64,000 bases of DNA from assembly GCA_032718475.1 (NCBI GenBank), contig JAUCBJ010006622.1:1-64000 (forward strand). The letters run 5' to 3'. Every line of letters begins with the position of its first letter. Position 1 is the first letter of the stretch. Shown here in pieces: positions 46,346 to 56,137 of the stretch. This stretch comes from Nemertoderma westbladi. Taxonomy: Eukaryota; Animalia; Xenacoelomorpha. The translations under genes and the position numbers were made by a program. Under the pieces are notes generated by a model. That model had not been told where the DNA came from. It made no database searches and saw only the letters and a list, made by a program, of their open reading frames with translations.

Positions 46346-47200
46346 TTAATTTATACGTTTAAAGTATAATGTAATAGATGTTGTCCCGTATTCAAAATTC
46401 AAATCTTTTCCTTCTTTGTCTGTTATTTCAATATGAATGTATGTTATCTTATATGATTTTTTTACAGGGATATAATGAATTGTATCCTTGACAAATTCTT
46501 TATTTATTACGCTACCATATTTCACATCATCAGGTATCGCAACACGACGAAGTAAAGCTAAACCAAAATCGTTAATATATTGATTTTCAATTATATTAGT
46601 ATTCACGTACATGTTCGACTTAGGTTCTGGAATAGAATTGGGTGGTTGAGGGCATAAAAATACCATCTGGTAAGCTTTTTCTCCATTTCCGATAACCTTT
46701 ATTAAATAACCCTTTATATTATTTTTCGTCTTCAAAATAATTTTAAAATTTGGATTTAAATTCGCGCCGAGATTATTTTCAGTAATTCCAAAATAATAGG
46801 CTAATTGTTGACCTATAAATAACTCTCGCACAGTTTTCCCTAAAATAAATTGCAACCTATTTTGCTGAGTATTTTCAACTATTTGTAATTTATCTTTCAA
46901 CGCCCCCGTGTTAAAATAATCTATAATGTCATTGATACTGTAGAACAAACCGGATGGAAGTGTATCCTCAAAATTTTTTTTTCCTTTTTTTAATAAAATA
47001 ACATTCTCTACATTGTTATACATGGACGGCAACGTAGCTAAGTAAAATATACTTTTTATACCTACCACCCAGTTTTCGTTTGGGTTTATAGGTAAGGCGC
47101 CATGGAAATTTATCTGATAATTACTAGCGCTATTGCGGGGAAAATCAATTGGACAGGAATTACTTGGTAGTCTTACGTAGAATTCATCCATCACAGCCAC
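46346..47200 (-). CDS. Minor capsid protein (penton, PX) copy 1
   Basis: FYVRLPSNS...FP.N.ASNY, WVVG, MYVNTNII..Q...D...LLR, YIPV, I.I.ITDKEG...F..G...TL.F. Confidence 0.85.
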   Translation of the reverse strand: MAVMDEFYVRLPSNSCPIDFPRNSASNYQINFHGALPINPNENWVVGIKSIFYLATLPSMYNNVENVILLKKGKKNFEDTLPSGLFYSINDIIDYFNTGALKDKLQIVENTQQNRLQFILGKTVRELFIGQQLAYYFGITENNLGANLNPNFKIILKTKNNIKGYLIKVIGNGEKAYQMVFLCPQPPNSIPEPKSNMYVNTNIIENQYINDFGLALLRRVAIPDDVKYGSVINKEFVKDTIHYIPVKKSYKITYIHIEITDKEGKDLNFEYGTTSITLYFKRIN

Positions 47201-48056
47201 CCCGTATTAACTTAAGTGTTATAACAGTGCGAACTCCACTGAAGTTAATTAATTCGCCTTGTCCGTCACGTAAAGTAATTAAGATTGTTTTTAGTTTTTT
47301 ATTCAACAACGGGTAATAGCAAATGCTCTCGTATTCGTGATTAATATATTTTCGATTTAATTGCGTTAAAGGGCAGGTTCTTAAGAGCGGAGCTAAAGCG
47401 TCGCCAACAAATGAGCTCTTAATAATATCTGTATATATAAAGATAGTGTCTTTATTACGTGTTATATTCGTGGGAGCTTGAAAATCTAAAATGCCAATTT
47501 CCGAAATTTTTGGCCTGCTATAATTTAAAATTAATATTGGCTGTTCTATATTGCTTAATTCATCTACTGTAGTGGTACTGTATATATCCCAATTCGGAAT
47601 ATCCGGATGATTCCGATCCAATAACGGTTTTAAGCCTAGAATTTGTATTAAATCACCACGTAGACTTAATTGTATTTTTTTCAACTTTTTAGGAAATTTA
47701 AATTTAATTCTAGAATTATTTGTATTAAAAATGAATTCGAAATCTCTATATTTCGCTTCAGAATTAAACAGTTTATTTATATCATCAATAATGACTTGAA
47801 TAGAGTTATGCATACCAGGAAATAAACTATATAATTTGGCATCTTTTGCATCTACCCCGATTGACAGCGAGATTTGAGTTTGCAGCGTAATATTACTGTA
47901 TGTTGCTTGATATTGAAGCTCGGCAAGCCCAATTTTAGCGTTTGGACCAATATATAATTCTTCGGCTAAATCAACAGTAAACTCGCTAGGATTATTATTG
48001 GGGTAAGTGTTTAATGAGCTATCTGAAAGTAGAGTGATATATGTATCTGTGGCCAT
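47184..48056 (-). CDS. Minor capsid protein (penton, PX) copy 2
   Basis: YITLLSDSS...YP.N.PSEF...L, IGLAEL, IFIYTDII...VGD..APLLR, YYPL, I.I.LRDGQG..INF. Confidence 0.85.
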   Translation of the reverse strand: MATDTYITLLSDSSLNTYPNNNPSEFTVDLAEELYIGPNAKIGLAELQYQATYSNITLQTQISLSIGVDAKDAKLYSLFPGMHNSIQVIIDDINKLFNSEAKYRDFEFIFNTNNSRIKFKFPKKLKKIQLSLRGDLIQILGLKPLLDRNHPDIPNWDIYSTTTVDELSNIEQPILILNYSRPKISEIGILDFQAPTNITRNKDTIFIYTDIIKSSFVGDALAPLLRTCPLTQLNRKYINHEYESICYYPLLNKKLKTILITLRDGQGELINFSGVRTVITLKLIRGGCDG

Positions 48057-48327
48057 TATTATTATTATTTAAGCTCGCTCTCTCTCTACTTGACTCCATT
48101 GTACATACAGTACAGTATAATGTTAAATTATAGACATCTGTGACCACGTTCATTGTCGTTCATTGTCGCATCTTCTACAATATATGTGCGGGATCAATAT
48201 TTTACTGGCTTTATTGGCTTTATTTAAAACGGATGAACTATAGATATAGTAATATCATTCGAGTTAATATTGATTAATTACGGTCATATGCGACCAAAAT
48301 GAATTAATATACAGTATAAACCTAAGC

Positions 48328-49416
48328 TTATTGAATATGCTGTACCCACGACTGTTTCTTGGATCCGATGAATCGGACTAAATATTCTTTCTTCCCATTG
48401 CGTACACGTTCTTTAAGTTTGCCAATATTTTTATCAATTGCTAGATAAATATTACTATTCGGGTGGACCTTTTGGAGTTCGTGAGAATAAAATGAGCCCT
48501 TTATTATAGCTCCAGCACTGTCCTTAATATCGAACATTACAGCGGGTACTCTATCCAACCTGACACGATGAATAATAAATAATTCACGTGTCCATTGTTC
48601 TCGATAGCCTTTAGCAAAAGCAGTACGAGCGATAGATAATCGTACTGTATCTCCAACTTTAAATTTTATTTTCTTATGATTAATCTGTCTATATTTCCCA
48701 TATAATCTATTCATTAATTCAGTTTCATTAAATTTATTAACTTCAATAGGCGTCATTTTTATTGTCCTATGATATGACCTATTATAAGCTGAGATAAGCT
48801 TAGGTAAAATTTTAATCCAAACATTATTTCCTCGTTGTGTAAAAATTTTGAACATCTTTGTTTTTAATGTTCTATTGAATCTCTCGACAATAGCCGCCTT
48901 ATTCACAGAGTACATTACGTAATACTGTATACCTAACGTATCTAAATATTTCCTTACAGATTTATTTAGAAACTCAGAACCTTGATCCGTGGCGATTCTG
49001 TTTGGTTTTCCTTTCTGGAATATTTTTTGCAATATACTAATAATTTCAACACCCTTTTTTGTTTTCATACCACAGCCAAAAGCAAGCCTGCTAAAGGCAT
49101 CAATACATGTTAATATATAGTTATAATTATTATTTTGTGATTTATATTGCTGCATATCCACCAGATCTATCATATATATATCTTTTATGCCTCCCGTAAA
49201 TATTTTAGATGTTGGATAATGGTGTCTACGTAGAGCGTTAAGGGTGTATGTCTTTTGCCCGCTCATCCATTTCTGGGCTTGTGCTGGTTTGATGTTTGCA
49301 GCTTTTGCTAATTTTGCAACACTTGCAAATCCCGCAGGGGATGAAGGATCTAAATAAATTCTTAACAGTTTTTTGTCTAAGCTTCGGCTTAAAATCGGTT
49401 TCATCTTGCGAGGCAT
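48328..49416 (-). CDS. Retroviral-like DDE integrase with chromodomain-like C-terminus
   Basis: DLVD, IDAFSR, TDQGSEF, VERFNRTLK, YN..YH.TI...P, F.KGY..WT.E.F, G.FY..EL, YLVRF.G...SWV. Confidence 0.95.
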   Translation of the reverse strand: MPRKMKPILSRSLDKKLLRIYLDPSSPAGFASVAKLAKAANIKPAQAQKWMSGQKTYTLNALRRHHYPTSKIFTGGIKDIYMIDLVDMQQYKSQNNNYNYILTCIDAFSRLAFGCGMKTKKGVEIISILQKIFQKGKPNRIATDQGSEFLNKSVRKYLDTLGIQYYVMYSVNKAAIVERFNRTLKTKMFKIFTQRGNNVWIKILPKLISAYNRSYHRTIKMTPIEVNKFNETELMNRLYGKYRQINHKKIKFKVGDTVRLSIARTAFAKGYREQWTRELFIIHRVRLDRVPAVMFDIKDSAGAIIKGSFYSHELQKVHPNSNIYLAIDKNIGKLKERVRNGKKEYLVRFIGSKKQSWVQHIQ

Positions 49417-49640
49417 CTTTTCGACAACCGCAAGTAATATGTATATTCAAATCTCTTATAAAGGGCATCACCGTAAGAACAACTGAAATTTTTTAATTAT
49501 TTTCTTTGAAGTTGATGTTTTAAAGGGTTTTCTTTTTGTAGTATTTACTCTAGGTATATCTTGAGGTTTTAAATCAGTAGCTAACGGTTTACTTGATACT
49601 AAATATAATTTTCTAAATGTTACTCCTGTTTTAACCATTA

Positions 49641-50024
49641 TTACCGTCCACGGTTAATTTTTTTCGCAATAGCTGCTCCAGCGGCGGCAGCTCCGGCACT
49701 CGCGGCGAGTTTCGCACCAATGCCGAGTAAGGGTATTAGAAACGGTAGTATACCTCCAGATTGATTGCTTAACTTTTTTCTGTAACTTGATATATTTTTT
49801 GTTTTACGGTTGAGTGATTTCAATACCTTCTTATAGCGGCGAATATTTCTAAATGAATGAGGGGTTAATTGTACATTACCTTTTAGAACATTTAATGCAG
49901 TATTTACAATGAGCCGTATTAATTCGTTACTTGCGGTATGGTTAATAAAATAAGTTCTTTGTTGAGGGGTAGCGCTGCGTAGAAATTCCAGTTCGTTACG
50001 ATATTTCTGCACAAGTCTATTCAT
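49641..50024 (-). CDS. Small basic Polinton virion protein with QSGG-ILPFLIPLL tail
   Basis: ALNVLKGNV.L...L...QSGGILPFLIPLL between ATPase and integrase; GG is a candidate adenain cleavage site. Confidence 0.7.
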   Translation of the reverse strand: MNRLVQKYRNELEFLRSATPQQRTYFINHTASNELIRLIVNTALNVLKGNVQLTPHSFRNIRRYKKVLKSLNRKTKNISSYRKKLSNQSGGILPFLIPLLGIGAKLAASAGAAAAGAAIAKKINRGR

Positions 50025-50061
50025 TGTTGCAACATTATTGAAAATTGTTACAAAATATTAA

Positions 50062-50745
50062 TTATTTATCATTATTATTATTATTATTATTTTCGCTACG
50101 TTTATTGTCAGTGTAATTTTTAATGTAACAATTATGATTACGAAATATATCAGATCTAAATCTTAAATGTTCGGGTGTTTCCTGTCGTAAATCAATTAAG
50201 AAATGTGAAAATGGTTGAATTGTCGCATCTTGATAGGAATCAACTAAAAATTTGGTCTGCCCTGGTAACATCTGCTTCGCGAAATTTAAAACCGATAAAC
50301 TGTCTCTCGGATTTTTCATTAATACTAAAGTATGGCTATTAATTGATCTTGTGCGGTTATGCTTCCCACCGTAAAACATGTTTTGCGTTATAAAACAAAT
50401 AAATATATTGGAATGATGAGCTACCTTAGTAAACAATACAGTTAATGCTGTACTGGACTCAGTTTCTGTTAACAAATCATCTATAATTAATAAATCTCGA
50501 CTATTCACTAAACTATCTATATTTTCGGGCAAACCTTTGTAAAGGTGAGTAATACCGGGAATAGTCAGGGGATTGCTCCCGTAACAATACAATACTCGCA
50601 AGGAGGCTTCGTTGAAACAACCATTCTTGTGTTTAATTAAATTGCTTACAAAGGTTGACTTTCCAGAACCAGATGGCCCAGAAATTATCATACTCGTTCC
50701 CATTTGAAAGTTTAAATTATATGGACCTGAATTAAAGTCAGCCAT
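50062..50745 (-). CDS. A32/FtsK-like DNA packaging ATPase
   Basis: Walker A GPSGSGKS, Walker B LLIIDD, FTK..HH, ITQN, RT.S.N, KNPRD, LRFR. Confidence 0.95.
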   Translation of the reverse strand: MADFNSGPYNLNFQMGTSMIISGPSGSGKSTFVSNLIKHKNGCFNEASLRVLYCYGSNPLTIPGITHLYKGLPENIDSLVNSRDLLIIDDLLTETESSTALTVLFTKVAHHSNIFICFITQNMFYGGKHNRTRSINSHTLVLMKNPRDSLSVLNFAKQMLPGQTKFLVDSYQDATIQPFSHFLIDLRQETPEHLRFRSDIFRNHNCYIKNYTDNKRSENNNNNNNDK

Positions 50746-50961
50746 TTATTATTATTATTAAGATATATCAACAATACAATATAATATAATATCAATATCA
50801 ATATCAATAAACCATCACCATTACTATGTATATAACAATAATTGTTGCAACTACAATATTAGAGTACTGTATATTTAATTAACATACGACGCCGCTACAG
50901 TATGTGACGCTCGCTGCAACAAAAGGTGCTATTTCCAATTATAGTATAGACTGATGTAATT

Positions 50962-51414
50962 TCAAGCATGGTGAGCATCTTTATACGCGAAATAATGATA
51001 GGTAACATCGGCGGTTTGGAAATCACTTCCTGAAAATTTCGCGCTAATAATTTTTTTATGTTCGCTGCTAAAAAAATAAGGAATATAGTAGCAACAGCAT
51101 CGTACTACATTTCTATAAAAAATATTCTCCAATATTGTAAATAAATCTCCCGGATCATTACTTTCCGCAGAAATATAAGTTATATTGCGAAGCTCTTTCC
51201 AATAATAGGGTTGATAACTTGCCAACTTTATATTAAACTTAGATATGGGTGCGCGACAAATAGGACAAATTTTAGAACAATAATTATTCATTTCGGAATA
51301 TTGTACAATACATTGTACGCAAGTTGCATGTTTATTTTCACATTTATAATAATCTCGATGTTGTTGCAATAACTTAGAATAGCAAACTGGACATTTTTCA
51401 TTTAAAATATCCAT
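50962..51414 (-). CDS. RING-finger (C3HC4) protein, putative E3 ubiquitin ligase
   Basis: CPVC...C.NKH..CVQC...CPICR. Confidence 0.8.
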   Translation of the reverse strand: MDILNEKCPVCYSKLLQQHRDYYKCENKHATCVQCIVQYSEMNNYCSKICPICRAPISKFNIKLASYQPYYWKELRNITYISAESNDPGDLFTILENIFYRNVVRCCCYYIPYFFSSEHKKIISAKFSGSDFQTADVTYHYFAYKDAHHA

Positions 51415-52469
51415 TTTCCAAATTTTAAAGTAAATTGAAAATAATTACCGCAATACACAACAACAACAACAAACAAAACTGTTATACTGTATATACAAAT
51501 ACTGCTACAATTTTCGACTATTTAAAAACATCAAAATTTTATATATAATCATAAAATATTTATAATATAGAGGGAAAAGTCAAGAATCAATGATATTATC
51601 AACATATTCAACATTATCCGTTGATTCTTCAGTTTCGATAAAGGATTCTTTTGAAATCATTACAATAAAGAAAGACATAATTTCGTAGGGGCTATGCCGA
51701 TTTAGCCGTATTTCAAACTTTTCACCAGCTTCGTTGTATTGTGTAATAACAATAAACCCCTCTATCATGGATAATAGTAAAATGTTGCTTAATTTTCCCT
51801 CATGCTCAACTTTCAGGTTGTAATCTAAGAGATGAACACTATTATCAGAAGCATCAATATCAATTGAGCTTAAAACTTTCCTGGCTTTTTCAGAAAACTC
51901 AATTTTATATTTTTTTCATAAAACTCAATTTTATATTTATCATCTCCCTGACGGTAAATTGTATAATCAATAACAATATAGGCTTGACCATCTTCTGCAA
52001 AAAATGAATGCCTTACTATTGGCATAACCATATCGGAATCAGAAGACATTATTTAATTTATTTTATTGTAAATCAAACAAACAAAGTAAAAACTTTTAAA
52101 CTAAAACCATTACAAATGATTAATTGTGATTAAAGCAAGAGATTATATATATAAGATATTTTCAAAAATAATACAGGTCTTAAACTGAGAAATAGCCTAA
52201 ATTCGGTTTATTGATTGGTTGATTAGCTGGTAGGGAACTACTGTATAAACAAAAAAAATTATTGCGTAATAATAATCACTAATGCTCGTATACGCGTAGC
52301 TGGAACGTGACGGAATCTCATGTATCATACTGGTTGGTTTGTTGATTTGGCGACAGCGGTCGTGGAGTTGGCAATCAATATAATATAATATATGCATGAT
52401 GCGTGTAGATGGCCACGTCGTTACCATATACAGTATACAGTGGTGGTGGTTGGTTGCCTGGATAGGAAA

Positions 52470-52948
52470 TAACTATGGAAATATTCGTATACGTGTAGCT
52501 GGAACATGGCGGAATTTCACGTATCATAGCGTTGGACTGGTAGGCTGCTTGGTTGGTTGGATTGATTTGGCGACAGCCGTCGAGGAGTAGCCGTGCGTGG
52601 CTAGCGGTGGTGAGTTGGCAATCGATATAATATAATAGCGTAGTGGGGGCAAGCCATGCATCGTGAAGTTAGGTTACGCGAAGATGAATATGCGATGGTT
52701 GGTTGATGCAACAACACGAATCAATACTCACGGTTGGTAACAGCTATCGAGTAAGGCAGGCATCGTGAGGTTAGGCTACGCATAGGCGATAGGCAACGAT
52801 TGGTTGAAGGCATCGACACGAATCAATATTGATGGTGACAGATGGTCATTAAACATCGCGATTTAGCACGTTTTTAATAGCCCTCCGAGATGCAGCCCGT
52901 AGCCCAGGCTAGGGAGGAGTACGTGGGGGGCACTCTTCTCCTACTACT
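52470..52948 (-). repeat. Polinton right TIR
   Basis: Reverse complement of the left TIR plus 94 extra bp (52846-52939) before CCTACTACT. Confidence 0.93.
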
Positions 52949-53767
52949 ATTAACCCGGTCGGGATCCCTGACCCCGTCACATTGAGAACATTAGGTGCAT
53001 TATGTGTACATATTAACTGCAGTGAGAGAAAAGTATTTCAGGAAGCAGTAAGTCAATTAGAAGAGACAGAACCTATTATTGCCCAGGAAATTAATTCACC
53101 GCCTTTACTAAGTACAAACCCCTTTTCACCCAATTATTTTGAAAAGTCCAGTAGTATACATCCTACCGGATCCTATAGTAACGATGTACCTTACTGTAGA
53201 ATCCAGCAGTGTATACGGGCTCGTACAGTATCTGACAATAAATCCCAGTCCAGGGTGTCTAAACAAACAGATACTAAGTACGCAAACTACTACTGGCGAG
53301 GAACGGAGCCTGATGTCTATTCTAATACGTGGGCGAGTCAAATGCCCGGGCGAACTAGACAAAACAGGATACCTGGCCTCTAACCGGTGAGGCAGATGTA
53401 CAGTCTACAGTGACAGACCAAACTCACGGGAAAACAATCCCCGCGCAGCGAATCCTAACTATCGCTAATGGATCTAAATACTGTAAACTTGCCGCGGTGT
53501 GATTTATATGGTTTATATACGAGCTAGCGGATCAATAGACTAGCGTAACAATACTGCCGACAGAAATAAGCAGTCAAAAGGGTGCCCCAAAGTACCTCTT
53601 ATGTGCCTTAAACTAAATATTAAATATCTCCACAAATTACAAAACTACAGAATAGTACATAGAAACTGTAAGATAAATCCTATTGGAAGTATCCTATTGT
53701 AATCAGTAGCTAGTAGGTCTCAAAAGGCGTGTGTGTTTCAGGACGCATGTGTGTACGTGTGTGTGTG

Positions 53768-55340
53768 TGTTACGAAAAAAACAATTTTGGTGTATCGCCG
53801 TTATGCTAGGTTTTAGTGATTTTAATCAAAATAACAATACCGGGTGCTAGCTACTCGAATAAGTTAGTCGCACGCTGTAGGCTCAATACTTACAAACTGA
53901 CGTCAAAAGGGCTCTCTTTTCCTTCTTTCACAACTCAACCGGGCAATTACGGTCCCTCCCAGTAGTAGTACGTAGCTAGTAGTTCTCAAAGATAATTGGT
54001 TTGGCTTGCATAGACCCGACCCACCTAATATAACAGCAATATACTTTACAAATAGCCCCATGCTTTACAATACATAGTGTAAAAGCTTTTGCGGAATTGC
54101 CCGGTTATTTTCCCCGTAAAGTACTCTGTAGTTGGTTTAGCAGGCATAAAAGTCCGTGTCATTGCTGTACCGGTGTTTTTAGGGGACATAAAAGCTATTT
54201 CTTCTGTATGTGTACTTTAGAGGACATAATTAGCAATTCTATGACGCAACGCCCTAGATCCTCTTGAAACAGTGTCGTTACTATGATGACAGCTAACGGC
54301 TGAGCTTTACACGTGTAGCTTGCCCGGAGCCTTGCCTTGGTTCTTTGTTCTGCTCAGCTCAAAATGACGACATCTATCAGCTGTGTCCACGTGGAGCCTT
54401 TTGCCATTCGACCAATCAGAGATTCCCTCTTTGTGTAAAAGCTGTACAGCAGAATTACAGGATTCAGTACTGACGTTTCCCCCACGCCTAGAACACCGGC
54501 CGGGGAATGTTTTCTGACATTAGAGCGTCTTTAATTATAAGATCATCAAACTGTTATCTTGGTCAACTTGGTTAACTCGGTACTGACTACAGCACCACGG
54601 TTTTGCACCTCGGCATCTGATTAAGCACCCTGACGTAAACTGCTTTTCGCCGCATTATTTACTGCTTTTACTGTGTTGTTAATTGTATCGTTCGTTTACA
54701 TATTATTATTGGGAAGAATATTGATAACGATCCGAAAACCCAATCTTCTTGATACACTAAGGTTAGAGAGACCGGTTACATATAACAATTTGCGACATAC
54801 ATTATCGTGGTTTGTAGTGAGTTCAATGCTACTTAATAGGCCCTACAAATGTCGGTTGTTATTCTCTTTATATATGATTAAAATCAGTGAATGTCGGCAA
54901 TTCAGTGTGCAGTTGTGTGCAATAGTCTGTGTGTGCTTGACCGAGTAACAAAGCATTTCCTAAAGAATGCACTTTGGTGATCTATAAGACATACTGTTGT
55001 GTATAGTGTAAGTCATAGCTCTGTTTAAATAGATAGAGCGCCACGTCCTAAAGGAACTGCTAATATTTCCCGAAAGTGAATAATATTCGTCAGAGATTAT
55101 ATATTAACGATCAATCGAATAGTATGGTAGGCCTGCACCGCAATCAAATTAAAGCATCCAAATCCAGTCTCCCGGGTATATCCAGCGGGTGAATGGTCGC
55201 GCACAGACTGGCTTTGGCTAATGTTAGAATTATTATAGGTGTTCAATACTTGTCATAGGCTGGAGTAGATTTATAACCTAGAAGACATATAGATTTGGCG
55301 GGTTAAACTGCCAAAGGTCTTAAAAGCGCGAACAATAACA
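53768..55340 (+). mobile_element. Possible LTR upstream of the BEL ORF
   Basis: TGTTA...TAACA ends; no second copy in the window; an alternative LTR start follows GGCCGGGGAA at 54508. Confidence 0.25.
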
Positions 55341-55620
55341 ATTTGTGGGATCTTGATTGCGGCGTAAGCGATCAAGACTAAAGTACCGGTCGACCGGTAA
55401 CCAGTAGGCCTGAATGCCTGATCATCCGGACCGGTACTTACAACAGTACAGGTATATCAGTACTATTTCGATTGTGATATTGTATACTGGTAGGCTGTTT
55501 AAGAGATTAGGGACGGTACACCCCTTGTTTCTTTTGGAGCTTACTTATTTCTGTCAGTTTTATTTATTTGTAGGCTAGTATTGAGCAGAAGGCGTGTAAG
55601 CCTGCTCAGTCTGTACAGAC

Positions 55621-56137
55621 AATTTGTAGGCTAGACTGTTGTCTGACTGTTGTTAGGTCTGAACGGATTGCAGTGTGTGTAGAGTCTGTCCGATAAAGTG
55701 CCAGTTAGTAAGTAGGGGCATCTTGAGTTGTAAGGTCAACCCCCTCTTAAAGAATAAGTCGTACTACCGAGTTAGAACGCATACTAACTAACCATTTTGG
55801 AATCTGCATATACTGTAGTTTATTTAGGCTTGATAGTAGTCTGCCAGCGTCTTGGCCTGTGTTTGTTGGTGTGGTCTGTTCAGGTACCGTACTAGTTATT
55901 ACTCAGATATTTTGTAGGCTGGATTGTTGTCTGGCTGTTATTAGGTCTGAAGATTGCGGCGTGTGTAGAGTCTGTCCGATAAAGTGCCAGTTAGTAAGTT
56001 GGGGCATCTTGAGTTGTAAGGTCAACCCCCTCCTAAAGAATAAGTCGTACTACCGTGTTAGAACGCATACTAACTAACCATTTTGGAATCTGCACATACT
56101 GTAGTTTATTTAGGCTTGATAGTAGTCTGCCAGCGTT
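55621..56137 (+). repeat. Tandem duplication of ~230 bp (period ~290 bp)
   Basis: tttgtaggct...gtctgtccgataaagtgccagttagtaag...gatagtagtctgccagcgt occurs twice. Confidence 0.85.

Larger units (their letters stand above)
30020..52948. mobile_element. Complete Polinton/Maverick (polintovirus/adintovirus-like endogenous virus), ~18.5 kb without secondary insertions
   Basis: Termini AGTAGTAGG/CCTACTACT, 6-bp TSD ATTAAC (30014-30019, 52949-52954), long TIRs, pPolB, integrase, ATPase, protease and capsid genes. Confidence 0.96.
29433..52981. mobile_element. Solo LTR (~614 bp: 29433-30019 + 52955-52981) interrupted by the Polinton
   Basis: TGTAA...TCACA ends with 5-bp TSD TTGAG (29428-29432 and 52982-52986). 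Confidence 0.8.
27156..53620 (+). mobile_element. Degenerate Gypsy-like LTR retrotransposon (5' LTR, gag, protease; no RT seen), split by solo LTR + Polinton
   Basis: Putative LTR TGTTA...TGACA (27156-27539) followed by TGG; gag and protease remnants; coding frame resumes at 52982; right end approximate. Confidence 0.7.

Noticed and set aside
51580-51990. Short minus-strand ORF next to the right TIR
   Set aside because: Probably a decayed Polinton gene but fragmented with no recognisable motif
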